NCBI RefSeq assembly: GCF_018350175.1 | Contig: NC_058368.1 | Location: 77,502,001-77,566,000 of the forward strand | Direction of reading: 5' to 3' | Source: Felis catus | Taxonomy: Eukaryota | Length of the DNA: 64,000 nucleotides | Shown here: positions 38,826 to 51,601 of the stretch, one piece after another | Layout of the letters: each line of letters opens with the position of its first letter | How positions within the stretch are numbered: position 1 is the stretch's first letter | Position numbers and translations under genes: made by a program | Notes under the pieces: generated by a model | What the model saw: the letters and a program-made list of their open reading frames with translations, nothing else | What the model was told of the DNA's origin: nothing | Databases searched by the model: none

Positions 38826-39101
38826 TTTTTTTTAATTAAAAATTTTAAAGTATCTACATATATTTTTCTAAACATGTCTCTAATGGGAGCATCTTAGAAG
38901 TTGTGTTTCAGTCAATAGTATTTCAATGCAAATTATATATCTCTCCCATCTCCAAAGCAATAACCATGTTCTATCCTAGCAAGATAGGCAATGTAAAGGC
39001 ATAATCATTGGTTCTGTATTTGTGAGACCAGTTGAAACACATGTCAATCAATTTAGTTAAACTTATAGGCCTGTAGGGACCTTTATATAATTATTAGATA
39101 A

Positions 39102-39830
39102 TGCATTAGTTATCTATTGCTGTATAACAAATAATCCCAAATCTCATTGCTTAAAAGAACAAACATATTTTATTTCACACTGTCTGTGGGTCAGAAATCA
39201 GAATGTGGCTTAGCTATGCCTCCAGGTCTAGTGCTGCCAGAGGAAATACAGATTAAATTTGAATGTCAGATAAACAATGAATAATTTCTTAGTATAAGCG
39301 TGTGTCAAACTTTGCGTGGGACATTCTTACACTAAAAAAAAAAAATTATCTTTGTTTATGTGCATTTCCAATTTATCAGGCTGTCCTGTATTTTTATTTG
39401 CTAAACCTGAACACGTTACTCATGGGGTTGCAGTTAAGTTGTAGGCTGGGCTTGCAGTGTCTAAACTAGATTGAGGTTAAAAGACCCACATCCAAGCTCA
39501 CTCACGTGGTTGTTAGCAGGCTACAATTTCTAAAGGGCCATTAAACCAAGGTACTCAGTTCCTTGAATGCTGTTGGACAAGACCTCCATTCTTTGCCACA
39601 CCACATGGACCCCTCCACTGGGCTGATCCCAATATGGCATCTGGCTTCCCGTAGCACCACAAGAGAGCCCCCAAAGGAAGCTACAGCCTGTTTCTATCCC
39701 AATCTCATAATTGACATCTCATCTTTTCTTCAATGTTCTACTTATTAGGAAGAAGACAGTGAGTCCAGATCATACTCAAGAGGGGATTACACAAGGGTAG
39801 GAATATCAGGACGCAGAGATCATGGGGGAC
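39102..39830 (-). mobile_element. MaLR solo LTR (MLT1F/G-like), interrupted by MER53
   Basis: attagttatctattgctgtataacaaataatcccaaa...caagaggggattacacaagggtaggaatatcagg. Confidence 0.8.
39229..39418. mobile_element. MER53-like palindromic MITE
   Basis: ttaaatttgaatgtcagataaacaatgaataatttcttagtataag...gggacattcttacactaaaaaa...tcctgtatttttatttgctaaacctg. Confidence 0.85.
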
Positions 39831-40369
39831 ATACCGTGACATATTCCTAATAAATTAAATCTTCTAAGAAAGATGCTTAGAACAGCGTTTAAACACATAT
39901 CCCATTGTTTCCTTGGGCTATTACCCTGTGCCTTTAGAAGATGTACAAGGCCAGAAATAATAGGCTTATATGGTCATAATGGATTTAGCATATAATCAGA
40001 TAAATGTAAAGATGGAGAATAGAAAAAAAATCAACATTAAAACTCATACACATGAATTCTGGGTCGAATAAAAGTTATTTTAAGGTTACCTTTCTGCAGA
40101 CTTACTTCAATATAAAAATATTGATATGCCTCCTCTTTTGACAATTATAAAGAAAACCTATACATTCCAGTCCATCTTTGCTTTGTATAGATTATGATTG
40201 AAAATTAAACTTTTTTTCCAAACCACATCCAAACCACATTTATCCAGAGATAAACATACCATCTATAGATTTAAGAAGGCTAAAATTATGCATTGATGTT
40301 AAAATTTAAAATATTCTACAATCTGAAAGCCATCTTTTAACTTCTCCATATATATAAGAATCCTAAATC

Positions 40370-40572
40370 CTGGCTCAGTCAGTAAAGTGTTAGACTCTGT
40401 CTCAGGTCATGATTTCATGGTTTGTGAGTTCAAGCCCTGTGTCGGGCTCTGAGCTGACAGCTTAGGGCCTGGTGCCTGCTTCAGATTCTGTGTCTCCCTC
40501 TCTTTTTCTGTCCCTCCCCTGCTTGTGCTCTCTCTCTCTCTCTCAAAATAAATAAACATTAAAATAAAAAAT
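40370..40572 (+). mobile_element. CAN-SINE
   Basis: Typical body and tail. Confidence 0.92.
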
Positions 40573-41597
40573 AATACTAATTACTAATTCTTTTTTATGA
40601 AAAATATTGATGTCTGTTTTGTTGACCCTAAGTATATTTTAATCGAAAATAAATAAGTAAGTAAAGGAAGAGAAAAATATAAAAGAAAATTCTTCAAGAA
40701 ACATTTCAAAATTAAATTATCTTTCTCCTAAATAAGTTACACAAGATGCAGAACACTGTGTTCACATTCTAGTTTTTTATTCAGTTCTAGGAAATTATTT
40801 GAGCTTTCTGGTAATTTAAAATAACTGTTTTCTTAAACTGTGATTTAGAAATAAGGCATAGTGGGTACCCACTAGAAAATTTCCAGTGTATTGATTTAAA
40901 GTTACAAAGTCATTTGTCATGACCGAGAAGCATTTCGATTTTTGTAGTTAAAACATGTCTTAATTATTTGTGCAAGTCTCTTTCTATGTTTCTAAAGAAC
41001 TATCCTAGTTATTAATAAAGCTGCAATTTCAGGTAGCATCCATCATATAATGTTAGGAGTTAGATAAGAGGTATTATTCTTAGTTTTGCCTCAAATTGTC
41101 TTCTCTCAGAAAAGGAAGAATGACATACTCATTTCTACTTCAGGCAATTTTCTTTGAACACTCAACTACCCGGAAGGGAAGCTTTCTATTTCTCCCCTTG
41201 GTCAAGATTCAGCTGTTTTAAGTTATCTGCGGGCCAAGAAGAGGTATTATCAGTATCTAAATTTGGTATTTGGCTGTCAGGTTCTCATTAACGTTGCACT
41301 GGAAAATGGCTACTTGAAGTCAGTCATTCTACTACTGAAACTCTTTTGAAGCCAGTGCCTAAAGATGTAACTGTGTTTCCTATTTCCAGCTCTCTCCTTC
41401 TCTGTGACCCTACCTTCTAATTTGGTCCCGATCCACATCCTATCAACCAATTCCTGGCATTTCTTCTACTCACCTGTTATTTCAAAAGCATCAGTAAGAG
41501 TTTATGGAAATGATTCTAAACTATAAGCATCAAACCAAAATGACTGTAAGAGAGCAAGCAAGCTGGTAAGAGTTTCACAAATAAAATGGATGTGATG

Positions 41598-41810
41598 GGG
41601 GCGCCTGGGTGGCGCAGTGGGTTAAGCGTCCGACTTCAGCCAGGTCACGATCTCGCGGTCAGTAAGTTCGAGCCCCGCGTCAGGCTCTGGGCTGATGGCT
41701 AAGAGCCTGGAGCCTGTTTCCGATTCTGTGTCTCCCTCTCTCTCTGCCCCTCCCCCGTTCATGCTCTGTCTCTCTCTGTCCCAAAAATAAATAAACGTTG
41801 AAAAAAAAAA
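41598..41810 (+). mobile_element. Young SINEC_Fc-type SINE
   Basis: TSD aaataaaatgg(a/c)tgtgatg. Confidence 0.95.
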
Positions 41811-42984
41811 TAAAATGGCTGTGATGGTAAGTGTTTTGTACCCTCATCATGTAATTCTCCCGTGAATCCTTTTCAGTAAATCTTGTTTTTCCCATTTACA
41901 GCGTGTAAAATTTTTTACTATATATTATTACTATCTCTATGCCTTTAAATTTGCTGATTTAATAATTGAAGAGAAAATCTGGCCCAAAGCAGCCAATGTA
42001 TTTCCTTTCATACTGTGATTTAGGGATAAGTTTTTATAAGATGTTTTAAAATGTCACAAAATATCAGTTACCCATTTAATCATAGGTCATAATAATGATC
42101 AGCTTGTCATTCAGGCATATTTGTGGTTTTGAGTGCATTTAGGAGAGCAAAGAGTCAGTCCCTCGGTAGGTAGTTTTATGTTTTATTTTTTAAGCCCAAT
42201 TCATAATCCAAAAATCATAGATCTGTTCTCAGTGTTGATCCTTGCCTTTCCTAAACTCCTGGTCTAATGTTAGTTTCACTATCTGCCAAAGCACAGTTGT
42301 TTGTTTGTTTTTCAAAATTAGAAGCACTCCTAATAAGTCCATGTTATTTGATATTTGTTCATGCAACATAGACATGAGCAAGATGATATAAGACATCAAA
42401 CAGTAAATTCCCTGTAATCAGGGATTGTGTGGTTCCCCCCTTCTCTCTGACACTCCCTTCATATTTCCTGACACTCAGTAGCTCCAACAACGTGATGAAT
42501 AAGTGAATAAATGAGTGAAAGAGTGGGTGAGTCCATCATGTTTCTCATAATATAAAAACCTAGAGTAAAAAAGAATGCCAGATATTCTGAACATATTAGC
42601 TAATTTCGGATGCCAAATAGAATTGTTTATATGAAACGAAACCCCTTGCCAGCTAATTACAAAACGCGAGTTGTTGTTGTTCTTTTAAATCTCACAATGA
42701 TAGTACTTTTACCAGAGCCTATTAAGCTACAAATGACTGGGTAAGAAGCAAAAGAGTTAACAGAAAACCATTAGCTTTTGAACATTTTGAATAATGTTTT
42801 CCAGAGCACATCAGAATGTTTTATCTGCTTTACATTTTCAGCTAAACTTTCGATGTTATATAAAATTCTCTCTTCCACACTGCAGCAAGGTTACCAGAAA
42901 AGTCCGGAAAAAACACTGATTGGATTCAAGGTAAATGAATGTCATCTGTTCTCAACTGCTCATCGGCCTTTTTGTTTTTATTGG

Positions 42985-43054
42985 ACTTTCTTCCTTTCTT
43001 TCCCTGGCTTTCCCTCCCTTCCTTCCTTCCTTCCTTCCTTCCTTCCTTCCTTCC

Positions 43055-43104
<50 letters not shown>

Positions 43105-43115
43105 TTTTCCTTTCT
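42985..43115. repeat. Compound (CCTT)n(CTTT)n microsatellite
   Basis: Direct. Confidence 0.97.
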
Positions 43116-44869
43116 ACAAATCATCTGTACTTTCTTAACCTCTCGATTTCTACATCAGCCTCTAACAGGACTGAGATCAAGACCATTTTGATTTAAGCTC
43201 TCAATTTTCTTCTTCTTTTACTCAAAACACTCATCTGCTTTCTACTTCCTCCAGACACAGGGAAAAAATGGCTGTCCTATCCCTGAACCCTTTCTAATGT
43301 AAATTTTCACAGAGATGCTCTTGAAATCTCCTCTTTCCAGACCTTGCACCATCAATTATCCTGTTATCTCTCTGTCTTTAATCTGTCCATCTGTACCCAC
43401 TCAGCTCTGCCTACAAAATGCTTCCTGGTTCTAAAAAGTCCCACCCAATTGTGCTTGTTTGCAATATGTGGTCTTATCTTTCTTCTGTTTTATCATCAAT
43501 CCCCACAGTCTCCACTCTTTACTTGTCTTTTATATCACTTGTCTCTGGAAACTATGAGACTATGAACTTGAACGTTCTCAAGCTGGAAAGTCTCACAACA
43601 AGAAATCATGCCCCTAGTTTTCCTAACTGGCTTTAAAAAGGCTTGTGATCAGAAACAGAATATTGTAGCATTTTGCACTGATGCTTTGCTACAACAGAAC
43701 CTTATATCTGCTTAATGAATTGAATATTCTCTATGAAATGTTCTATGGCGCATGTCCGTCTTTTTCTATCCCTATACACATGCAAACATAAAGATATATA
43801 TCTATGTCGGTGCTTTACCCTGACATATATTCACTGGCAAATATTTTAATTCATTCCAAAAATATCTATTGAGTGCTTGCTGCATGCAAGTACTGCTAGG
43901 TGCTTTGGGGACATAAAGAAGATTTAGACAAAAATCCTGCTCTTAAGGGACTCCCAAAATAATAAGGAACATAAGAAATATACACAAATAACTCTGGTAC
44001 GAGGGTGACAGTGATATATCCCATAAGAGCTTTACAGATGAAATGTCATGGGAGTTCTTGAAATAATGAGGTTCTTTCTGCAGCAAGACGGGGCATCACA
44101 GAAAATGTAGAACTTGGGCTGATCCTTTATCAACTAGTATCATTTGAACATGAGGGGGAAAGATTTTAATTAGAGGAAATAAAATGAGAAGACGCAAAGG
44201 GGATATTTCAGGGATCTATGGTCCTGTTACAGGCCTGATGATGCAGAAAGAAAGAGAACACAGAGGTGCCGCAAGAAATGATGAAAATGTCAGCAGTTAG
44301 ACCCTTGAGTGGTGATGACGTAACCCTCCCGGCCTACACATGAGAAGGCAATGAGTCCACAGCCCTGACTCCCTTGAACCTGACAGAGAAGGCTTTCACT
44401 CTGTACTGACCAAAGTGTCAGCCGAGCTGGTGTGCCTGGGCTGAAGAAGAGGAAGGATCCAGAGAAGCGCAGACTCTTGGTTGTAACCTTATCTGGTAAA
44501 AGGTTGTATTATCTATAATACATGTGTCATGGTGGGTTTGACCAATCCTACCCAAAGTCCAAGTTTTCATCATCAACACCAATATTCTATCCCAGATAAG
44601 CCTTTTGAGGTCATGCTTAAATTCTATGGCAAACAACAGAGTAAATAATCATAGCAGTTACTGAGTGTTCGTTATCAATGCCATTCGGTTCAGTGCTAGG
44701 TGCTTTAAGTAAAATATATAATGCTTTCACTTAAAGCCTAGATTAGGGTCATAGCTGAGAGAATGGACTGGAGAAGATAAACAGTAGAGGTAAAACTGAC
44801 AAACCGGTTGGCTAACCAGAGACTTCGCATGGTAGCCTGTTTTCAAGCTAGTGACCCTGGCCTCTTGGT

Positions 44870-45127
44870 GAGCTTAGCGCCCTTATAGGAAGAGACACCA
44901 GAGAGCGCTGTCTCTTTCTTTCTGTCCATGCACAAAAAAGAGGTGTTGTATATATTCAGAAAGAGAGAATGCCACCTACAAGCCAAGAGAAGAGGCCGCA
45001 GACTGAAATATACCTTGTTTGCAACTTGATCTTACACTTACTAGTCTCCAGAACTGAGAAAAAAATTTCTGTTGTTTAAGCCACTCAGTCTATGGTGTTT
45101 TGTCATGGCGGCCTGTTAACTAATACA
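44870..45127 (+). mobile_element. MLT1A-like LTR 3' part
   Basis: cccttataggaagagacaccagagagc...tttctgttgtttaagccactcagtctatggt...aactaataca. Confidence 0.85.
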
Positions 45128-46220
45128 GTAACCAAATGGAAAATTGGGGGGTCAAAACACAGTAACTGAAATCCAAAATTCATTAGTGAGGTTTAACAAC
45201 GGATTACAGATTTGGGCAAATAGAAACAATAATCAGCCAACTTGAAGATGAGACAATTGAAAGTATGCAGCCCAAGGAGCCAGAAACAACACAAATAAAG
45301 AAGCATGATCGAAGCCTAAAGTGTTTATGAGAAATTTTAAAGTTAATCAGTATATGTGTTATTGGAGTCCCTGAAGGCTAGAAGAGGAAAGAAAAAAAAA
45401 GACACAAAGAATATTTGAAGAAATAATGGCTAAAAAATTCTCCAAATTTGTTGACACAAATCAATCTACACATCCTGAAGTCCTAGAACTCCAAGTAGAA
45501 TGCACTCAAAGAGATCACACTGAGACACTTTATAATCAAACTGTTGAAAATCAAAGACAAATAGAGAATCTCATTCATTGCTGGTGGGAATGTAAGACAG
45601 TTCAGCTGCTGTGGAAAACAGTTTGGCAGTTCCCGGAAATGTTAATCATAGAATCATCATATGACCTCCTAATAAAAGAATTGGAAACAGGTACCCAAAG
45701 ACATATACACACACATTCATAGAAGTATACTGACATTAGCCAAAAGGTCAAGAGCTCAAATGCCTATAAATTGATGATGGATAAACAAATTGTGATACAC
45801 ACACATACACTCACACACACACACAACATATACAACAATGGAATACTATTTGGCCATAAAAAATAATTAAACTACTGATACATGTTAAGACACGGATGAA
45901 CCTTGAAGACACTACGTTAAGGAAAAGGAAGCTGGGCACAAAGGATCACATATTGTATGATTCATTTTATATAAATGTCCGGAACAGATAAATCCATAGA
46001 GATAGAACATAGATTGGTGGTTGCCAGGGACAAGGAATGGGGAGTAACTGCTTAATGTGTGAGAGGAGTTACTTTGGAGCGATGATAACATTTTACAAGT
46101 AGATAGAGGTGGTGATTGTACAACCTTGTAAATATCCTAAAGTGCCACTGAAATGCTCATTTTAAAATGGGTGATTTTATGTTACATAAATTTCATTTCA
46201 GTGAATTATTTTAAAAATAG
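45128..46220 (+). mobile_element. Old L1M relic: ORF1 fragment joined to ORF2 C-terminus and 3' UTR
   Basis: ORF1-type atatttgaagaaataatggctaaaaa; ORF2-type HCWWECKTVQLLWKTVWQF in ORF 45426-45722; L1M 3' UTR text follows. Confidence 0.85.
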
Positions 46221-47763
46221 ACATACACACAAATCATATTCTTAGGAAGGTGTGAAATGATTACCTTGCTGTAGAATTGATAAGAGCTGCTAGTGACTGC
46301 AAACATATGGTGACCATAGCCTTCACTCCATATCTGCTACAATCCATCAACATATGCTGTTTGGAAAACCATTCTGGTACAAACAGATCCAGACTTTGTC
46401 AGTGGAATAGTACAGCAAATACAACACCATCGAGTAATCAATCTGGCCCCCTCTATTTATGAGTGTGCGTTAAAAACACTTTTAGTTCAGACTTTTCCCA
46501 TTCTGCAGGAATGTACACAAATCATACACAACGCAAGCTAGAAAGTCATTGTGCCTCTCAACTGCTCTCTTAGAAGTATGGGTTGTTTTTATTTTGTTAG
46601 GGCCTCTCTGATACTCTGAACAGGTCAAACAAAGAGGAAGCAATTCAGATTTCTTCCAGAATCCACCAAGCTTTTTTTGAAGATCGGTTTGTTACATTAC
46701 ATGGTATTCTGATTACCTACCATGAGATTTGTATCCTAACCTAAATGACCTTCTGATATTTGTTTAAATCAGACAAGGTCATGATTCATAAATTTAAGTT
46801 CTTGTGTGTTTCTGGTTCTGTAATTTCACTTAATATACATATTCTTCGAAAGATTTGATTCTTGCCTTCTAGCTCTTTCTCTATTAATATTGGATTGTAA
46901 GATACCAAATGTAAAATTTTAATAACTAACTCTATGCTTTTATCATAAAATAATCCTGTCTAATCAAAATTCATGGCTGTTATTTAAAATATTTGAAGTC
47001 ATACCTCAATTGACCAGCATAAATCATATTTAATAGGAGACTAGCATTATGTCTTGGTGGGAAAATATACGATATGAAAATATTTTATGTATGGATAAAA
47101 GAAAACAGTGGCACAGTGATGCTATCCGTTATTCCTGGTACAAGTCCTCCGTAAGCTAATGACAAGTCCATCAGACAAGATGAGCAGTTAGCTCAAAAGA
47201 ACTCGAAGTATTAAAAAGACCCTGTGAAATACAGATGTGCCTTCATGCTCCTTAATAGTGTTTCATTAACTATTAATATGTAAATTCTGTTTATCTCCAC
47301 CCCATGCCACATCATCTCAAGCCTTCGTACCTTGAATTCTCTCTCGTTCAAATACGGTTGTTCTTCACTCCCTCTGCTTATTAAGGTCTTTGCTCAAGTG
47401 TTCCTGACCACCCTACCTGAAATAATACCCTTCGAGTTCCCATCACACTCTGAAAAACGTACCATGTGTTTTCTTCCAAATACTAACCGCTGGCACTATA
47501 TTATATATTTATGTATTTATCTACCCACTAAAATACACACTTCCATGAACTATCAAATTTTGTCCTGTTCACTGCTGAATCCTTATCACTTAGAATAGTA
47601 CTTGGCACAAAACAGGTGCTCAGTAAATACTGAAAGAGTTGATAAATTCTCTTAAATATTGTATTTTCTGTTCTTTTTATAGTATAATGTAAGAATACAT
47701 TATAGAGGAATACCATGGTAAACCTTTATAACATACGTACGCTATGATATGACATACTACATA

Positions 47764-47766
<3 letters not shown>

Positions 47767-47800
<34 letters not shown>
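47767..47800. repeat. (CA)n microsatellite
   Basis: Direct. Confidence 0.97.
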
Positions 47801-47804
<4 letters not shown>

Positions 47805-49082
47805 CTTTTGGAGGGATGTGTTCAAAACTGTTTACTGATGGTTTAAAGACCAGTGAACTAGAAGATAATCAGATCCAAATTTACTAATCCTTTCAGGGAG
47901 TGTAGACATCTGAGTATACACAGGCAAACCCATCAGTTTCCATCTGCAGTCATCCAGCTGAGAGCCATTTGGGGATAAAACAAGCTATTTCCTGGATGAA
48001 TTCGTCACCAGCACTCTACCAGAATAGCTTGGAATAGAGATGCTTCAATGACTAAAAGAACATTAAAGAAATATGGTCATTCCATGAGTCACAAAGTGCA
48101 AACGAATAGGTAGGAAGAATAAATACATTTAAAAGTCAAGCCATCTCCTAGGACCAGCAGTCATAGTAATGAGCCTGTTCGAATGTGGGAGAGTTTTGAC
48201 CGTAATTTTGCCTAGAAATGTTCAGGAGAGCAAGGGTACCAGGTATCGGGATACTGGCATTTCTGTGTTCCAATAGGGTAATGGCAGAATTATCACACAG
48301 TGAGAGGATGCCTGGACTTCAGTAGACTTCACTGATAGAATTCTTTTGTTAAGCTCTTGAATCTGCCAAGTATCCCCTATCCCAGGAACTTCCTCACCAC
48401 CCCACTCCTTCGTAGCAGCAGGAAACTGAAATGCATTTTGTCACAAATTATGGTGGATAATTTCCTATGGTGAAACTTGTTTTAGTGATTTAGGGAAGCA
48501 CCTCATGTCCCTCTTCCCTTAAAATATACGGATAAGTTAAAAAGCACAATATTTCTGTACCAATATTTTATTTTAAAATGAACTTAGTGTGGTTTAAGAA
48601 ATTGATATCAAGGTGTGTGCCTCTATGCGCTGATATTTATTTAGGTGCATATTGTCTATAGTTTTTATCGACTGGCACATATTTCTGAGCTTACCTTCAA
48701 ATTTGCACGTAATAAAAGGAAAAGGAACAAAAGTCACTCTTAGCTGACATAGCTGGAAATCGAAGGTGTGAGTGCCCGGGAGTCCTTACTTGAGACCGTG
48801 AGGCAGATTTCAGGAATGAAGACTTTTGCTTGCTTCTGTCTGGCTGAGGCTTTACCCTTCCTTAACCAACTACACTGTATTTCGATCGTTGTCCCTCCCT
48901 TTACGCACCTTGTCTAGGGTGCTATTTTTTGTAGCTTGATGAATGACTTGTTCAAGTATACAATCAAATATGTAAAATCCTCCTCCCAAATGTATTCCTT
49001 TATTCTGGAAGCCAATTTTTTACCCAGTAGCTATACCAATGTGAATAATAAATGACAAACTATACTCTGATTTAGCATTATC

Positions 49083-49304
49083 TTTTTTTTTAATTTTTTT
49101 TAATGTTTATTTATTTTTGAGACAGAGAGAGACAGAGCACGAACCAGGGAGGGTCAGAGAGAGAGGGAGACACAGAATCTGAAACAGGCTCCAGGCTCCG
49201 AGCTGTCAGCACAGAGCCCGATGCGGGGCTCAAACCCACGGACCTCGAGATCATGACCTGGGCTGAAGTCGGACGCTCAACCTGCTGAGCCACCCAGGCG
49301 CCCC
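49083..49304 (-). mobile_element. CAN-SINE
   Basis: TSD tgatttagcatt. Confidence 0.95.
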
Positions 49305-49627
49305 TGATTTAGCATTTTCTAAAAGCACTAAGTGGTAGTAAGAAATAAAACTCTGCCTTTATGTGATTTATGTTGATAAAGGATAACCTAAAGTTACCTT
49401 TAAAACGAAAGACTTAAAATTACTCATCTCTTGAGAGGTCTAGAAATTACGTATCTAGAAAAGTAAAGAAAATATTTTTCAAAGAAATGTCTTGTTTACC
49501 TCAACTAAATATTTCAGATAGTTCCCTCTAACAATTGGTACATATTCTAAGTTGATTTCATTTCCAAATAGAACATAGTCACGAAACATTTTAACTTCTT
49601 ACACAATTCAATATGGAAGGATACTGA

Positions 49628-49630
<3 letters not shown>

Positions 49631-49679
<49 letters not shown>

Positions 49680-49900
49680 GATGTTTATTTATCTTGAGAA
49701 AGAGAGAAAGAGAGAGAGAGAAGGAGAGAGAGAGAGACCATGAGCAGGGGAGGGGTAGAGAGGGAGGGAGAGAACCCCAAGCAGGCTCCTTGCTATCAGT
49801 GCAGAGCCTGGTGTGGGGCTCGATCTCACGAGCCTGAGATCATGACCTGAGCCAAAATCAAGACTTGGATGCTCAACCGATTGAGCCTCCCAGGTGCCCC
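49631..49900 (-). mobile_element. CAN-SINE with (TTTA)n tail microsatellite
   Basis: Flanking ggatactgaaa repeated; (TTTA)n at 49631-49677. Confidence 0.95.
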
Positions 49901-51526
49901 AAGGAGGGATACTGAAATTTATAAATGAAATGTACTATCTCGCTGTGACTATGCTGTTACAATTAGAGTATAATTGTTTGAAAACATACAATTAGAGTAT
50001 AATTGTTTGAAAAGCATGCATTGATTTTGTTATTTTATACAATTCTCCCCACAAACCAAAGGTGGTAGAAAACTTTCCTGGCAGCTTCCAGGCCTCACTT
50101 CCCTGCTTCCCAATAACTAGGATTTGATGGAGCTCTATCACAGCAACAGCAAAAGCTTCCAGAAGAAAAACCTCAACTTAATGCATCCAGTGGTAATTAA
50201 TAGAGTCATCCCCATTTAGGGCCAGTTTAGTATTCCCTTAGATCCTTGTAAAAAATATATGAAATCCTGGCCCTGGTGCACAGAATTTTTGGAGTGGATC
50301 CTGGGAATATGCATTTGTAAGACGCACCCAAGGGCTGTTTACAGAAACCAGGCTTCAGGGGAAACAAATACAAATAAACCTAGACAATATCAAGCATTTT
50401 GCTGGAAGGGTGATTTGTTTAAATACTTGGAGGAAGAGACCTTATTATTTTGTATAAAAATAGTCACAAGTATTTTATAGCACAGGTGCAAATTTGGCAC
50501 CCATTTTTAAAGAAAACAAGAGGGTTTAAGCTCATCTCAGATGACCTTGGCTACACGGGACAGACAGAACAAGTTCTACCTTCTTTTACTGTGAGGTAAG
50601 CTTAGCAGATAAGTTTGCCAAGAGACTTTAACAACCAGTCTCAGCCCTCTGGTGACTGGCCAGTCATGGAACATGGGAAAGGGAGAAGCAAAGGAGGAAA
50701 GTTATCTTGGGGACCCTATAGACTAGAACTAGCTGGATCCCAGGCACCGTTTCTTCCTTTTGACTTTAATTATTTTATTTAATCTTTATATTCATTGAGG
50801 GTAATGTTTTCCCCATTCATTACAGCCAAACTGAACCTCGTGCTGCAGAACTTGTCCATGGTGACATAGTTATAAGACATCAGTTCCCAAATTCAGACTC
50901 AGACCTGTGTCTCACATACTGGCTGTGCAGCTTTGTAGAGGCTACTTAGTATAAAGACAGTGGCAACAACAAACAAAATAATCGCTAAAATTTGTTGAAA
51001 AATTCATCCATTTCACAGATACTTATTTAGTGCGTAACGCGTGCCGGGTAGTCTTCTGAGCACTTTCTAGAATCCCTACCAGTGCTATCCAGACGGTACT
51101 GCTGGCCTCCCCACCTTCATGATGTGGAAACGGAGGCAACAAGAGTTGGTGAAACGTGTGTGAGGTCAGGAAGCGGGGCAATGGTACAGCTGAGAATTCA
51201 AACGTCGACCTCAGTGTCTATCTCCACGACCACGAGGTCCTGAGGGTCTCTTTACACTGAGAAAAGAAGAGCGTTGAGAACAGGCCTTTCCTCTGCTTCT
51301 GGGGTGACAGAACCTTCACTGTTGCCTTCCCTGTCCTGCATCTCTTTGGGGGACATTTCAGGTTCTCCTGCAAGTGACTGTCTTGGGCATCTATGGAAGT
51401 GTCCTCACTCAGAGTTCAATGTACCAGCTTCTTCACCCTGAAGAAGAGACATCGGAGTTCCTTCTCCTTGCTATCTTGGCTCTGGTGCTCTTCTGCTTAA
51501 AGCCTCCCCCAGATCATTCAAACAGA

Positions 51527-51601
51527 GGTGAGGGAGGAGGGGGAAGGAGGGAGGGGAGGAGAGGGAGTGGGGAGCAGGGAAGAAGAGGGGGAGGGGGAGG
51601 G
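51527..51601 (+). repeat. G-rich polypurine tract (G-quadruplex/H-DNA potential)
   Basis: Nearly pure A/G with many G3+ runs. Confidence 0.8.

Noticed and set aside
40106..40157. Minus-strand exon-like unit with gtaagt donor
   Set aside because: The acceptor lacks a polypyrimidine tract and the peptide is not recognisable.
42778..43196. Long hydrophobic ORFs (LPSF/LSFF repeats)
   Set aside because: Translation of the (CCTT)n(CTTT)n microsatellite.
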